A stretch of DNA of 64,000 nt. Source: a bacterium (GTDB lineage: Bacteria > Chloroflexota > Dormibacteria > Aeolococcales > Bog-877). The DNA lies in NCBI GenBank assembly GCA_021801645.1, contig JAJYXT010000036.1:5396-69395 (forward strand). The letters are read 5' to 3'. Below the pieces are notes generated by a model. That model was not told the origin of the DNA and ran no database searches. It was given only the letters and a program-made list of their open reading frames with translations. The stretch's first letter is position 1. The number at the start of each line of letters is the position of its first letter. Both the position numbers and the translations under genes were made by a program. Below are positions 8,798 to 22,150 of this stretch, in pieces.

Positions 8798-9589
8798 TTG
8801 GCCGGGCGGGAGGCCTTCGAGCTGTTCGGGCAGGTGCCGGACCTGTACGACCGCAGCCGCCCGCGCTACCCGGTGGCCCTCTTCAACCGGCTTGTGGAGG
8901 TCGCCAGCCTTGGCGACGGCGATCCAGTGCTCGAGGTCGGCACGGGCACGGGGATCGCAACCCGGGAACTCATCCAGCGTGGTCTCCGGGTGACCGGCCT
9001 TGAGCCCAGCCCAGAGATGGCGGCGGTGGCTCGAGTGAGACTGGGCCCGACCGGACAGCTCCGGATTGTGACCTCCACCTTCGAGGACTGGGTGCCGGGC
9101 CATGTCGGCTTTAAAGCGGTGATCGCGGCCCAGGCGTGGCACTGGGTGGACCAGGAGGTGCGCTATCGCAAGGCCGCCGGAGTTCTGGAAGAAGGTGGCT
9201 GGCTGGCCCTGATCTGGAACCGACCCGTTGGGGGAGACGGTGAGGTGCGCTCGGGGTTGGACGCCGTCTACGCGCGTCTGGCCCCGGAGCTGGACGGGAT
9301 CCCCCCCGGGGAATTAGACCTTGACCGCAGGGAGGAGATCGCCGCCTCAGGGGTCTTCCAGGAGCCCCGGCTGGAGTGCTTCGAGTTTGAGGTTCGCTAC
9401 GGCGCCCGTGCCTACGCCGAGCTCATGGCGACCCAATCCGACCACCGACGGCTGCCCGCCTCCCGACGCAACCAGTTGCTCGGAGCGATCGAGGAGGAGA
9501 TCAACTCCACCGGGGGGAGCTACGGCGTGACCTGGGAGGCCCGACTGTACCTGGCCCAGCCCGTAGGGTCACCCCGGGGCTTCCCATAA
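8798..9589 (+). CDS. Class I SAM-dependent methyltransferase
   Basis: 263-aa ORF. The TTG start is preceded by AGGGAGGA. SAM motif I is VLEVGTGTGIATRELIQRGLRVTGLEPS. Confidence 0.8.
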   Translation: MAGREAFELFGQVPDLYDRSRPRYPVALFNRLVEVASLGDGDPVLEVGTGTGIATRELIQRGLRVTGLEPSPEMAAVARVRLGPTGQLRIVTSTFEDWVPGHVGFKAVIAAQAWHWVDQEVRYRKAAGVLEEGGWLALIWNRPVGGDGEVRSGLDAVYARLAPELDGIPPGELDLDRREEIAASGVFQEPRLECFEFEVRYGARAYAELMATQSDHRRLPASRRNQLLGAIEEEINSTGGSYGVTWEARLYLAQPVGSPRGFP

Positions 9590-12261
9590 TGGCGGGCATG
9601 CCCGAACCCGGAGCGCAGCCCACGCGCCTTCTCCTCATCGATGGCCACGGGCTGGCCTTCCGTGCCTATCACGCGCTCCCCGAGATGACCAACAGCCACG
9701 GGGTGCCCATCCGGGTGGCCTACGGGTACACCTCCATGCTCCTCCTGGCCCTGAGCCAGGGCTTTGACTGTGCGGTCGCCGCCTTCGATCCTCCCGGCCC
9801 CACCTTCCGCGACCAGAAGCTGGCCACCTACAAGGCCCATCGAGCTCCCACCCCTCAGGAGCTGATCGACCAGATCCCGGTTCTGGGCCAGATCACCAAC
9901 GCCCTCAACATCCCCACCGAGGTGGTGCCCGGATTCGAGGCCGATGACGTCCTGGGCACCCTGGCCAAGCAGGCTCGTGACCTCGGTTGCCGGACGACCA
10001 TCCTGACCGGCGACATGGACCTGATCCAGCTAGTGGACGAAGTCACCAGCGTGCAGACCAGCCGGCGAGGGGCCAGCGACCCGGTGGTCTACGACCCCCA
10101 GGCGGTGAGGGCGCGGTACGGCTTTGCCCCGGAGCGGATGGTGGACTTCAAGGCCCTCCGCGGTGACGCCAGCGACAACATCCCCGGGGTCCCGGGGATA
10201 GGGGAGAAGACCGCCACCCAGCTCATCCAGCAGTTCGGCGACCTTGACAGCATCCTGTCCGCGGTTGCCACCATGCCCTTGGGAAGGGTGCGGACCACGC
10301 TGGAGGCAAACCGGGAGGAGGCCCTCTTCGGGCGGGAGATGGTGACCATAGTTAGGGACGTGCCCGGAGTCCGCTTGGACCTGACCCGGTGCCGCCTCAG
10401 CGAGTATGACCGCAGCGCGGCGCGGGAGCTGCTGGAGGAGCTGGGCATGCCCAGCCTGGTGGCACGCCTGCCCACAACGGCCGGCTCAGAGGCCACCGCC
10501 CCGGTGGCGGCCAGCGCTGTCGAATCCGAGGTCGTGGAGGGCGGGAATCGGCTGCAGGAGGTGGTCAGCGGGCTTGCCAGAGGTGGGGCGGAGATCGCCA
10601 TCCGGGTCCTCGCCGATGGCCCCCCAAGGCACGGACGGGTGGTTGCCCTTGCCCTCGCCGCCGAACCCTCCCGGGGATACCTCGTGCCTTTTAACGGAAC
10701 GGATGCGGTGGGCCTGGAGCCGTTGCGGCTGTTGCTGGCGGACCCCGGGGCGGCCAAGGCCAGCTACAGCTTCAAGGAGGATCTGCTGGCGCTGGAGGGA
10801 GCCGGCTGGAGCCTGCGGGGGGTGGACTTCGACCTGGTACTGGCTGGGTATCTGAGTGACTCCCGGGGCCGCACCCCCAGCCTGTCCACCCTGGCCCGGG
10901 AGCATGGTGGGCTCACAGCACCGGAGCCCCCGTCCACCCGGGACACGCTGGCGGCGGAGGCCGCCTGCGTCGCCGCGGTGGTGCCCGGGCTGCGCTCCAA
11001 GCTCAGGGAGTCGGGGGGCGAGGAGCTGCTGCGCACCGTCGAGCTGCCGGTGGCGGCCATCCTGGCCGGGATGGAGCGAGCCGGGGTGCGCCTGGACTCA
11101 AGCCAGCTGGAGGCGCTTTCGGTGGAGCTCCGGACGCAGATCGCCGGCCTGGAGGCGGAGATGTTCAGGCTGGCTGGCCGAGAGTTCCTCCCCGGGTCCC
11201 CCCAGCAGTTGGCCACGATCCTCTACGACGAGCTGGGGCTCCGCAGCTCCCGCCGCACCAAGACGGGGCGCTCGACCGACGCTCACGCTCTGGAGGGGCT
11301 TCGGGACGAGCACCCGATGGTTCCCCTGGTGCTGGAGTGGCGCCAGGTGACCAAGCTCAAGAGCACCTACGTGGACCAGCTTCCCGCCCTCGTGGACCCG
11401 GAGGATGGCCGGGTGCACACTAGCTTCAACCAGGCGGTGGCGGCCACCGGGCGCCTTTCCTCGAGCGACCCCAACCTCCAGAACATCCCCGTACGCACCG
11501 AGCTGGGGCGCCGCATCCGGGCGGCCTTCATTCCCGGGGAGGAGGGATGGGAGCTGGTCTCGGCCGACTACTCCCAGATCGAGCTGAGACTCCTGGCCCA
11601 CCTGAGTCGCGACCCCGAGCTGCTGGCAGCGTTCCGTCGGGGCGACGACATCCACGCCGACACCGCGGCCCGGGTGTTCGGGGTGGAGCGGGAGCAGGTA
11701 ACTCCGGACCAGCGCCGCATGGCCAAGGTGGTCAACTTCGGAGTGCTCTATGGCCTGTCCAGCTACGGGCTGGCGCGAGACCTGGGGATGCCCCCGGCCG
11801 AGGCTGAGGAGTTCATCACCCGGTACTTCGCCACCTACGCCGGTGTGGGCAGCTACCTGGAGGGGGTGCGGGAGGAGGCGCGGGCCAAGGGATACGTCTC
11901 GACCCTCCTGGGACGGCGGCGCTACCTGCCGGAGATCAACTCCAGCAACCGCCAGGTGCGGGAGGCCAACGAGCGCATGGCGATCAACATGCCGCTGCAG
12001 GGGTCGGCGGCCGACCTCATGAAGTTGGGGATGATCGAGGCGGACCGCGCCCTCCGCAGCCAGGGGCTGCGGGCCCAGGCCCTCCTCCAGGTCCATGACG
12101 AGCTCCTGCTCGAGGCGCCTCCCGATGAGGTGGCTGCGGTGGGCAGCCTGGCCCGGAGGGCGATGGAGGGGGTGATGGACCTGGCCGTGCCGCTGGTGGT
12201 GGAGCTCAAGTCGGGCCCCAACTGGCGCGACCTGGCTCCGCTGCATCTCGCCAGGCAGTGA
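9589..12261 (+). CDS. polA: DNA polymerase I
   Basis: 890 aa. 5' nuclease N-terminus LLLIDGHGLAFRAYHAL; polymerase motifs SADYSQIELRLLAH and LLQVHDELLLEAP. The ATG overlaps the upstream TAA (TAATG). Confidence 0.97.
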   Translation: MAGMPEPGAQPTRLLLIDGHGLAFRAYHALPEMTNSHGVPIRVAYGYTSMLLLALSQGFDCAVAAFDPPGPTFRDQKLATYKAHRAPTPQELIDQIPVLGQITNALNIPTEVVPGFEADDVLGTLAKQARDLGCRTTILTGDMDLIQLVDEVTSVQTSRRGASDPVVYDPQAVRARYGFAPERMVDFKALRGDASDNIPGVPGIGEKTATQLIQQFGDLDSILSAVATMPLGRVRTTLEANREEALFGREMVTIVRDVPGVRLDLTRCRLSEYDRSAARELLEELGMPSLVARLPTTAGSEATAPVAASAVESEVVEGGNRLQEVVSGLARGGAEIAIRVLADGPPRHGRVVALALAAEPSRGYLVPFNGTDAVGLEPLRLLLADPGAAKASYSFKEDLLALEGAGWSLRGVDFDLVLAGYLSDSRGRTPSLSTLAREHGGLTAPEPPSTRDTLAAEAACVAAVVPGLRSKLRESGGEELLRTVELPVAAILAGMERAGVRLDSSQLEALSVELRTQIAGLEAEMFRLAGREFLPGSPQQLATILYDELGLRSSRRTKTGRSTDAHALEGLRDEHPMVPLVLEWRQVTKLKSTYVDQLPALVDPEDGRVHTSFNQAVAATGRLSSSDPNLQNIPVRTELGRRIRAAFIPGEEGWELVSADYSQIELRLLAHLSRDPELLAAFRRGDDIHADTAARVFGVEREQVTPDQRRMAKVVNFGVLYGLSSYGLARDLGMPPAEAEEFITRYFATYAGVGSYLEGVREEARAKGYVSTLLGRRRYLPEINSSNRQVREANERMAINMPLQGSAADLMKLGMIEADRALRSQGLRAQALLQVHDELLLEAPPDEVAAVGSLARRAMEGVMDLAVPLVVELKSGPNWRDLAPLHLARQ

Positions 12262-12270
12262 GGCCGACCG

Positions 12271-13095
12271 TTGCCTGAGCTACCCGAGGTAGAGACCATC
12301 GTCCGCGACCTGCGTCCCCACCTAAGGGAGCGGCGGCTGGAGGCGGTCATCAGCCTGAATCCGGTGGTCCTAAGGTTCCCGTCGGCGGATTCGTTCCGGG
12401 GCGCCGCAGCGGGAGCCGTCTTCGGGATCCTGGCCCGCCGCGGGAAGTTCATCCATGCTCCCCTCTCCACCGGGGATCACCTGGTCATCCATCTGGGGAT
12501 GACGGGTACGCTCACCCTGGAGGATGGGTCCGAGCCGGTGCGACCCCACACCCACCTCCGACTTCAGCTGGACTCGGGTCAGGAGCTTCGCTACCGCGAC
12601 CCCCGACGCTTTGGCCGGGTGATTCTCGGGCCGCTTGCCCAACTGACGCGGTCCCGGCTGTTGCCGCCCATGGGTCCAGATCCGCTGGACCGCGCCTTCG
12701 CCGGCTGGCCGGGGAACGGGCGGGTGACGAGCAGTGCCCGGGCGGTGAAGGCCGTTCTCCTGGACCAGGAGGTGGTGGCCGGATGCGGCAACATCTACGC
12801 CGATGAGGCCCTCTACCTGGCCCGGCTGCGCCCGACCCGGACGGCGGCCTCCCTCTCCGCGTCCCAGTGGGCCCGGCTCGGCTCAGCGCTCACCGTGGTG
12901 ATGAAGGAGGCCATCCGGAGGCGCGGCACCTCCTTCTCGGACTACCGGGATGGCTTCGGCGCCCGCGGCGAGGCCTACGAGTCCCTGATGGTGTACGGCC
13001 GCGCCGGGCTTCCCTGCGTGCGCTGCGGGAGGCCGCTGGCGGCCCAGAGGATCGCCGGGCGGACCACGGTTTACTGCCGCTGGTGCCAGCGATGA
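12271..13095 (+). CDS. mutM: Formamidopyrimidine-DNA glycosylase
   Basis: N-terminus (M)PELPEVETIVRDL from a TTG start. C-terminal zinc finger CVRCGRPL...YCRWCQ. Confidence 0.95.
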   Translation: MPELPEVETIVRDLRPHLRERRLEAVISLNPVVLRFPSADSFRGAAAGAVFGILARRGKFIHAPLSTGDHLVIHLGMTGTLTLEDGSEPVRPHTHLRLQLDSGQELRYRDPRRFGRVILGPLAQLTRSRLLPPMGPDPLDRAFAGWPGNGRVTSSARAVKAVLLDQEVVAGCGNIYADEALYLARLRPTRTAASLSASQWARLGSALTVVMKEAIRRRGTSFSDYRDGFGARGEAYESLMVYGRAGLPCVRCGRPLAAQRIAGRTTVYCRWCQR

Positions 13096-14186
13096 GTCCC
13101 CGGGTGGCGGTGCTCACCTTCGATGACCTGCCCCCGATCGGGGGTCAGGGAAGGTACGTGGGTTCCCTGGAGGCCGAGCTGCCCCGGGAGGGTTGGGAGG
13201 TGGCGATGGTGTCGCCGCGGCGCGGCCCCTGGGGAGAGGGGCTCAAGGTGCCCCATCGCACCCGCCGTCCCCCCCTGGACTTCTCCCTCTATCTGCGCAC
13301 CAGGTTGCGCTCGGTGGCGGACGCCGTTCATCCCGACCTCTGGCACGCCCAGGGTGGGCCCGGCGGGGTGCTGCTTCGCCGCCACCCTCCGGATGCACCG
13401 CTTGTCTACACCTCGCACCACACGTACCGGACCGCCCACGGGCGGGGCATCACCACCATGCCCATGGGGTACCTCGAGTCCCGGGGCTACCGCTTCGCCG
13501 AGCACGTGATCGCGGTCTCGCCATCCACCGCCGCCTCCCTGATGGCGGACTCCGGGGTGCCCAAGGGACGGATCTCGGTGATTCCGGCGGGAGTCGACAC
13601 CACGTGGCTGTTCCCGGACCCTCAGGATGGGGCCAGGTCCACCATTTTGTTCGTGGGCCGGCTGGTTCCGACCAAGGGCGTGCAGTACTTCGTGGCCATG
13701 TTCCGCCGACTTCTCGCCGACCACCCGGAGCTGGAGGCCGAGGTGTGTGGGGAGGGGGTGCTCTTCCACGCTGCCGTGAGCGCCGCGGAGGGGCTCGGCG
13801 GGCGGCTCAGGGTGCTGGGCCGGGTGAGCGACGACGAGCTGCGGGCGGCCTACCGGAGGGCGCACGTTCTGGTGATGCCCTCGCGATATGAGGGGTTGGG
13901 GCTGACTGCCCTGGAGGCCATGGCCTGTGGAACCCCGGTGGTGGCGATGGACGTGCCTGGGCTGCGCGATCTGCAGGACACGGGAGCCGTGCTGGTGGCC
14001 CCGGGTGACCAGGGCGCGATGCGCAAGGCGGTGGAGTCCTTGCTGCTGGATGGTGCTCACTGGCGGGAGCTGTCGGCACAGGGACTCGAGGCGGTTCGCG
14101 AGAAGTACTCTTGGAACGCCATACGGCCCCGGATCGCGGAGGTCTACCGCTCCGTGGTCCCCTCCAGCTCGACCCAGGTGGCGTAG
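13092..14186 (+). CDS. Glycosyltransferase family 4 (GT-B, group 1)
   Basis: In-frame ATG at 13092 overlaps the mutM stop (ATGA). Sequence MSPRVAVLTFDDLPPIGGQGRYV..., with C-terminal PSRYEGLGLTALEAMACGTPVVA. Confidence 0.85.
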   Translation: MSPRVAVLTFDDLPPIGGQGRYVGSLEAELPREGWEVAMVSPRRGPWGEGLKVPHRTRRPPLDFSLYLRTRLRSVADAVHPDLWHAQGGPGGVLLRRHPPDAPLVYTSHHTYRTAHGRGITTMPMGYLESRGYRFAEHVIAVSPSTAASLMADSGVPKGRISVIPAGVDTTWLFPDPQDGARSTILFVGRLVPTKGVQYFVAMFRRLLADHPELEAEVCGEGVLFHAAVSAAEGLGGRLRVLGRVSDDELRAAYRRAHVLVMPSRYEGLGLTALEAMACGTPVVAMDVPGLRDLQDTGAVLVAPGDQGAMRKAVESLLLDGAHWRELSAQGLEAVREKYSWNAIRPRIAEVYRSVVPSSSTQVA

Positions 14187-15982
14187 CTCGCCTCGAGCTC
14201 CGCCTCAACGGCGCGGAGCCGCTCGACGAGGGTCTCGCCGGCTCCGGCCTGGCGATAGGTGGTGGGGCTTGCCAGCCTTCGGGTGAGCTCCAGTCGCTCA
14301 GCCTCAAGCGCCTGGATGCGCTGCTCGGTTCGCGCCGGAGACCTTTTGGTCCCGGCCGGGGTTGACTTGCGAGCCGGCTTGGGCCGCTGAGTGGACGGTC
14401 GGGTGCTGACCGGGGCGGGAGGGGCCGCGCGCCGCTCCTCGAGCCGTCCGTCCCGGACCTCCAGGACCCTTGGGCCGAGGGCATCCACGAAATAGCGGTC
14501 ATGGGAGACCACCAGCACGGCCCCGGGGTAGTGGGAGATGGCCTCCTCCAGCACCTCCTGGGAGGGGATGTCGAGGTGGTTGGTGGGCTCGTCGAGGAGC
14601 AGGAGGTTCGCCTCGTCCATGCCCAGGCGGGCGAGGGCCACGCGGGCCTTCTCTCCACCCGAGAGATCCCCGACACGGGCCTCGGCGCGGTCGCCGCTGA
14701 ACAGCATGGCCCCGAGCACGGACCGGGCCCGCTCGGGCAGGGTGTGGGGATTGTCGTCCAACAGGGACTGCAGCACCGATCTCTCCGAGTCGAGGTCGGA
14801 GAAGTCCTGCCGGTACAGCCGGAGGTGAGCCCGCGAGCCGGGAATGACCCGCCCGGACACCGGCGGCAGGTCCCCCACCAGGGTATGCAGCAGGGTGGTC
14901 TTGCCGCTGCCGTTGGGGCCCAGGACGGCTATCCGGTCACCGCGGGAGATGGTGAGGTCGGGCACCGAGAACAGCGCTCGGCCCTCGCGTCCGCACACGA
15001 GACCCTCGGTGCGGAGGACGACATGAGCGCTGGGCGCGGCGTGCAGGGTGAGGTGCATCCGGCGCAGCTCCGTAGGCGCGGGGACCCGCTCCAGCCGGTC
15101 CAGGATGGTCTGGCGTCCCCGGGCCTGGCGGGCTCGCTGGCCCGCCCGGTAGCGGCGGATGAACTCCTCCTGGTGGCTGATGTGGGCCTGCTGAGCCTCG
15201 TAGGAACGGCGCCAGCGCAGCCTCCGCTCATCCCGCTGGCGCAGGTAGCTGGAATAGCTGCCCTCGTACACCTCCACCCGTCCCGCCTCCAGCTCCACCA
15301 CCCGGTCGCAGACCCGTTCCAGCAGCCGGCGGTCGTGGGCGACAAGGCAGAGGGTGCGGGCCGACTGCAGCAGGTGATTCTCCAGCCACTCGATGGCGGC
15401 CAGGTCAAGGTGGTTGGTGGGCTCGTCCAGAAGCACCAGATCGGCGTCCTGAAGGAGCAGCTTGGAGAGCTCCAGCCGGCGGATCTGGCCCACGCTCAGC
15501 TCGGTGGGCGCCCGCTGCTGCTCCTCCTCTTCGAGTCCCAGGCCGTGCAGCACGGCCCGGGCCCGCGACTCCAGGTCGTAGCCTCCGAGGCCCTCGTAGG
15601 CGGCCTGGCATTCGCCATACCGCTCCAGCGCCCGCTCGGCCTCCGGCCCGGGGTGAGCCAGCCGCTGCTCCAGGTGGATCATCTCGTCGCGCAGGGTGGA
15701 GATGTCGGTGCGGCTCGCCATGGCCTCGCCGAGGACTGTTTCGGCCACCGGGACAGGTGCCTCCTGGGGGAGGTAGGCCACGATCAGCCGGCCCTGGCGT
15801 TCCACCGAACCCTGGCTGGGGGGCTCGAGACCGGCAAGCAGTCCGAGGAGGCTGGACTTTCCCGAGCCGTTGGCACCCACGATCCCGATCCGGTTGCCGG
15901 ACTCGATGGAGAGGTCCAGTCCGGAGAAGACGACCCGGTCGCCATACTCCACTGCCACCCCCTGGCAGCTTATGAGGGGCAT
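14144..15982 (-). CDS. ABC-F family ATPase (two ABC domains, C-terminal coiled coil)
   Basis: Start taken at [15 protein letters not shown] (ATG 15982) within ORF 14144..16144. Walker A motifs [11 protein letters not shown] and [11 protein letters not shown]; signature motifs LSVGQIRRL and [11 protein letters not shown]. Confidence 0.9.
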   Translation of the reverse strand: MPLISCQGVAVEYGDRVVFSGLDLSIESGNRIGIVGANGSGKSSLLGLLAGLEPPSQGSVERQGRLIVAYLPQEAPVPVAETVLGEAMASRTDISTLRDEMIHLEQRLAHPGPEAERALERYGECQAAYEGLGGYDLESRARAVLHGLGLEEEEQQRAPTELSVGQIRRLELSKLLLQDADLVLLDEPTNHLDLAAIEWLENHLLQSARTLCLVAHDRRLLERVCDRVVELEAGRVEVYEGSYSSYLRQRDERRLRWRRSYEAQQAHISHQEEFIRRYRAGQRARQARGRQTILDRLERVPAPTELRRMHLTLHAAPSAHVVLRTEGLVCGREGRALFSVPDLTISRGDRIAVLGPNGSGKTTLLHTLVGDLPPVSGRVIPGSRAHLRLYRQDFSDLDSERSVLQSLLDDNPHTLPERARSVLGAMLFSGDRAEARVGDLSGGEKARVALARLGMDEANLLLLDEPTNHLDIPSQEVLEEAISHYPGAVLVVSHDRYFVDALGPRVLEVRDGRLEERRAAPPAPVSTRPSTQRPKPARKSTPAGTKRSPARTEQRIQALEAERLELTRRLASPTTYRQAGAGETLVERLRAVEAELEASYATWVELEGTTER

Positions 15983-16045
15983 CGCCGCTCCGCCCCGGGG
16001 CTGACCCAGCGGGGTTGGCCCCGCCGCCCCTGCCATACTCGCGGC

Positions 16046-18084
16046 GTGGCCCAGCTCAGCCTGAAGGCGCCCTTCGAGCCCACCGGCGACCAGCCGGCGG
16101 CCATCGCCTCGCTGGTCCAGGGATTGGAGCGGGGCGATCGGCACCAGGTGCTCCTGGGGGTCACCGGAAGTGGCAAGACGTTCACTATCTCCAATGTGCT
16201 GGCTCAGGTGGGAAGGCCGGCGCTGGTCCTGAGCCCCAACAAGACCCTGGCCGCCCAGCTCTGGGCCGAGTTCAAGGCGTTCTTCCCGGAGAACGCGGTC
16301 GAGTACTTCGTCTCCTACTATGACTACTACCAGCCCGAGGCGTATCTGCCACGGACCGACACCTATATCGAGAAGGACTCCTCCCGCAACGAGGAGATCG
16401 ACCGCCTACGCAACGCCGCCACCCGTTCTTTGCTGACCAGGCGGGACGTGATCGTGGTGGCCTCGATCTCCTGCATCTACGGGGTGGGCTCCCCAGAAGA
16501 CTACCTGGGCGAGTCGGTGCGGGTCCGCCGCCACGAGAGCTGGCGGCGCGACATCCTGCTGCGCAAGTTCGCCGACCTGCAGTACCAGCGCAACGACGTC
16601 GACTTCGGCCGTTCGCGCTTCCGGGTCCGCGGGGACGTCGTCGACGTGCAGCCCGCCTACGAGGAGGTGGCCACCCGCATCGAGTTCTTCGGGGACGAGG
16701 TGGAGCGGATAGTGGAGTTCGACCCCCTGACCGGCGAGATCCTGACCGAGCGGGAGGAGCTCCAGGTCTTCCCCGCCAGCCACTACGTCACCCCCCGGGA
16801 CCGCCGGGAGCGGGCGCTGGTGGCCATCTCGGAGGAGCTGGAGCAGCGGCTCCGGGAGCTGGAGCTGCAGGGCCGCCTGCTTGAGGCCCAGCGGCTCCGG
16901 CAGCGGACGCTCTTCGACCTGGAGATGATCCGGGAGACCGGCTCCTGCGCCGGCATCGAGAACTACTCGCGCCACCTGACCGGCAGGGCCGAGGGGGAGC
17001 GCCCCTTCACCCTCATGGACTTCCTGCCTGAGGAGACCGTGGTGATCGTGGACGAGTCCCATGTGGCGGTGCCGCAGATCGGGGCCATGTACGGCGGTGA
17101 CCGGTCGCGGAAGCTTCCGCTGGTGGAGTACGGGTTCCGCCTCCCCTCGGCGCTGGACAACCGGCCGCTCACCTTCGCCGAGTGGGAGGCGTCCGTGCGC
17201 CAGCTGATCTACGTCTCCGCCACCCCCGGTCCGTATGAGCAGGAGCGGGCCACCCAGGTTGTGGAGCAGCTGATCCGGCCCACCGGGCTGCTGGACCCGG
17301 AGATCGAGGTCCGGCCCACCGAAGGGCAGATCGACGATCTGTTGGTGGAGATCCGCCGCACCGCCGCGGCCGGGGAGCGCACTCTGGTGACCACATTGAC
17401 CAAGCGCATGGCCGAGGACCTCGCCGATTACCTCCGGGAGGCGGGGGTCAAGGTGCAGTACCTGCACTCGGACGTGGACACCCTGCAGCGGGTGGAGGTG
17501 ATTCGCGATCTGCGCCTGGGGGTCTATGACGTCCTGGTGGGCATCAACCTCCTGCGCGAGGGCCTCGACCTCCCCGAGGTGAGCCTGATCGCGATCCTCG
17601 ACGCCGACAAGGAGGGTTACCTGCGCAGCGCCCGGGCGCTGATCCAGACAGCCGGGCGGGCCGCCCGCAACCTCCACGGCCGGGTCGTCATGTACGCCGA
17701 CCGGGTGTCGGACGCCATGGCCCAGACGATCGGCGAGACCGAGCGGCGGCGGCGGGCCCAGGCGGAGTACAACGCGGAGCGGGGGATCACCCCCACCACC
17801 ATTGTCAAGGCGGTGCGCGAGCAGGAGATGGCCAAGCTGGGGCAGGAGCAGGCCGCGGTCGAGTTCCAGGAGCGGCAGGGGCTGCCGCCCGACGAGCTCC
17901 TGCGGCTGGTCCTCGATCTGGAGCGCGCGATGCAGCGGGCGGCGGGCAACCTGGAGTTCGAGCGGGCGGCCCAGCTCCGCGACCGGGTGGTCGAGCTCCG
18001 GGGGCAGCTGGCCGAGTCGGGGGCGTCGCGGCCGGCGGCGACACGCTCCCGCGAGCACCGCCCGGTCCGCCGCCGCCGGGGACC

Positions 18085-18088
<4 letters not shown>
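16046..18088 (+). CDS. uvrB: Excinuclease ABC subunit B
   Basis: GTG at 16046 gives (M)[45 protein letters not shown]. The upstream part of the 1195-aa track ORF is antisense to the ABC-F gene. A CATACT -10-like hexamer sits 7 nt before the GTG. Confidence 0.95.
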
Positions 18089-20176
<2,088 letters not shown>

Positions 20177-20184
<8 letters not shown>

Positions 20185-22141
20185 GGCTCCCCGCGTGGCC
20201 CTGGTGGTGCACTTCCACCAGCCGGTCGACAACCTCGAGCGCGTGGTGGCGCGGGCGGCTCGGCGGTGCTACCTGCCGTTCCTGGAGGCCATCGCCGGCC
20301 ATCCCGGGGTGCCCTTCACTCTGCACTACTCCGGGTGCCTGCTGACCTGGCTGGAGCGGCTGGCCCCGGTGGTCCTGGAGCGGTTGCGGGAGCGGGTGGA
20401 GGCCGGCCAGGTGGAGCTGCTCGGCGGCGCCCTGGAGGAACCCATCCTGGCGTCCCTGCCGGAGCCGGATCGGCAGGCGCAGGTGGGTCGGATGGCATCC
20501 CTGCTGGAGGCATGGTTTGGCCAGCGGCCCCGGGGTCTCTGGCTGGCGGAGCGGGTCTGGGAGCCGGACCTGGCTGCCAGCCTGAGTCGATGCGGCGCCG
20601 AATACGTGATCCTGGACGACACCACCCTCCGGGCGGCTGGCGTGGAGGAACAGCAGCTGGGCGGTGTGTTCGTGACGGAGCACCAGGGGCACACCCTCCG
20701 GATCCTGCCCGCCAGCCGACGGCTGCGTTACCGCATCCCGTACTCCACACCCAGGTCGGTGGTGGGCGAGCTGGTGGCTTCGCCGCCGGGGTGGATCTCC
20801 CTCTACGCGGACGACGGTGAGAAGTTCGGGGAGTGGCCGGGCACCTTCCGACAGGTCTATCGGCGCCGCTGGTTGGATCGCTTCCTCGGGCGCCTTGAGG
20901 AGGAGGCCCAGGGCGGCCGCCTGCAGCTGGTGAAAGCGGGAGAGGCGGCCTGGGGGGGCGCTCCGGTCCCGGTGCAGCTGCCCTCCAGCTCGTACGACGA
21001 GATGATGACCTGGGCCCTGCCCACCCCGGCCCGCCACCGGCTTGAGCTCGCTTCAGCCCACCTGGCGAATAGTGATCCGCTCCAGGTGGCCCCGTACCTG
21101 CGGGGAGCACCCTGGCGCGGCTTCCTGACCAAGTACCCGGAGGTTGCCCGGCTCCAGCAGCAGATGGTGAGGGTGAGCCGGGTGGTCGATTCCCAGGGCA
21201 GCCCGGGGCCGGCGGTGGCCGAGCTGCACCGGGGCCAGTGCAACTGCGGGTACTGGCACGGCACCTTCGGTGGCGCCTATCTCACCTTCCTGCGTCTCGG
21301 GCTCTGGCATCACCTGATCCGGGCGGAGCGGATGGCGAACCGGCCACGGCAGTGGGGGGTGGAGGTGGCCGACCTGGATGGGGACGGGCTACCCGAGCTG
21401 CGGATCTTCGGTCCGTGGGGCTATGCCACGATCGACCCCCAGTTGGGCGGCCAGGTCGTGGAGCTCGTCAGCTGGGCGGCCGAGGCCAACCTGGTGGCGG
21501 TGATGGGCCGCCACCTCGAGGCCTACCACCTCGAGGCCCTCACCCCCTCGGCCTTGAACCCGGGATTGGAGCTCGCCCCGCTCGAGGCTCCCTCAGGTCT
21601 GACTGCGAGTCAACCGTTCGACGACCGAGAGGTGGGCGCCCTCCGGGACTCGGTGGACGGGGTCGTCTGGGAAATCCCCTATGAGGTGGAGTTGCTGCCC
21701 AGGGGGGCTGTCCTGAGCGCCGGGCACGGTGGAGTGCGGCTCCGCAAGTCGCTGGAGGCGACCGAGTCCGGCCTCATGGCCTCCTATCGGCTGGAGCCAG
21801 CGGAGCCAGGGTCAGCTCAGCTCTCCGTCGAGGTGCGGGCCTGCCCCCTGGCGCCGGGCCGGAAGGCGGACTCCGCGGCCGCCCGGGGCTTTGCGGGCGG
21901 AGTCCGGGTGATGCAGGACGGATCGACCGGGGACCTCGCCATCAGGGGACAGTTCGACCACAGCTGGGAGCGCATCGTCGCCGTGGGGGCGACCCTGAGC
22001 GGGGTGGAGCATCTGGTGCAGGGGGTGGCGGTCACCATCGCTCCCCGCCCCGCCTCCGGTGAGCTGGAGATCGAGCTCGTCCCCGAGGTGGGTGGGGCAT
22101 CCCAGCGCCGTGGTGGAGGAGTGGCCCGGGCGGCACGGTAA
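20177..22141 (+). CDS. GH57-family alpha-amylase/4-alpha-glucanotransferase domain protein
   Basis: GTG at 20177 overlaps the glgX end by 8 nt. N-terminus [13 protein letters not shown] (GH57 HQP motif), then a large DUF1925/1926-like C-terminal region. Confidence 0.8.
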
Positions 22142-22150
22142 CCTTGACTG

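Noticed and set aside
14501-16045. The 5' 1.5 kb of the 1195-aa plus-strand ORF 14501..18088
   Set aside because: It is antisense to the clearly real ABC-F ATPase gene and translates to Gly/Arg/Pro/Val-rich junk. Only the part from GTG 16046 onward is UvrB. This is a high-GC open-frame artefact.
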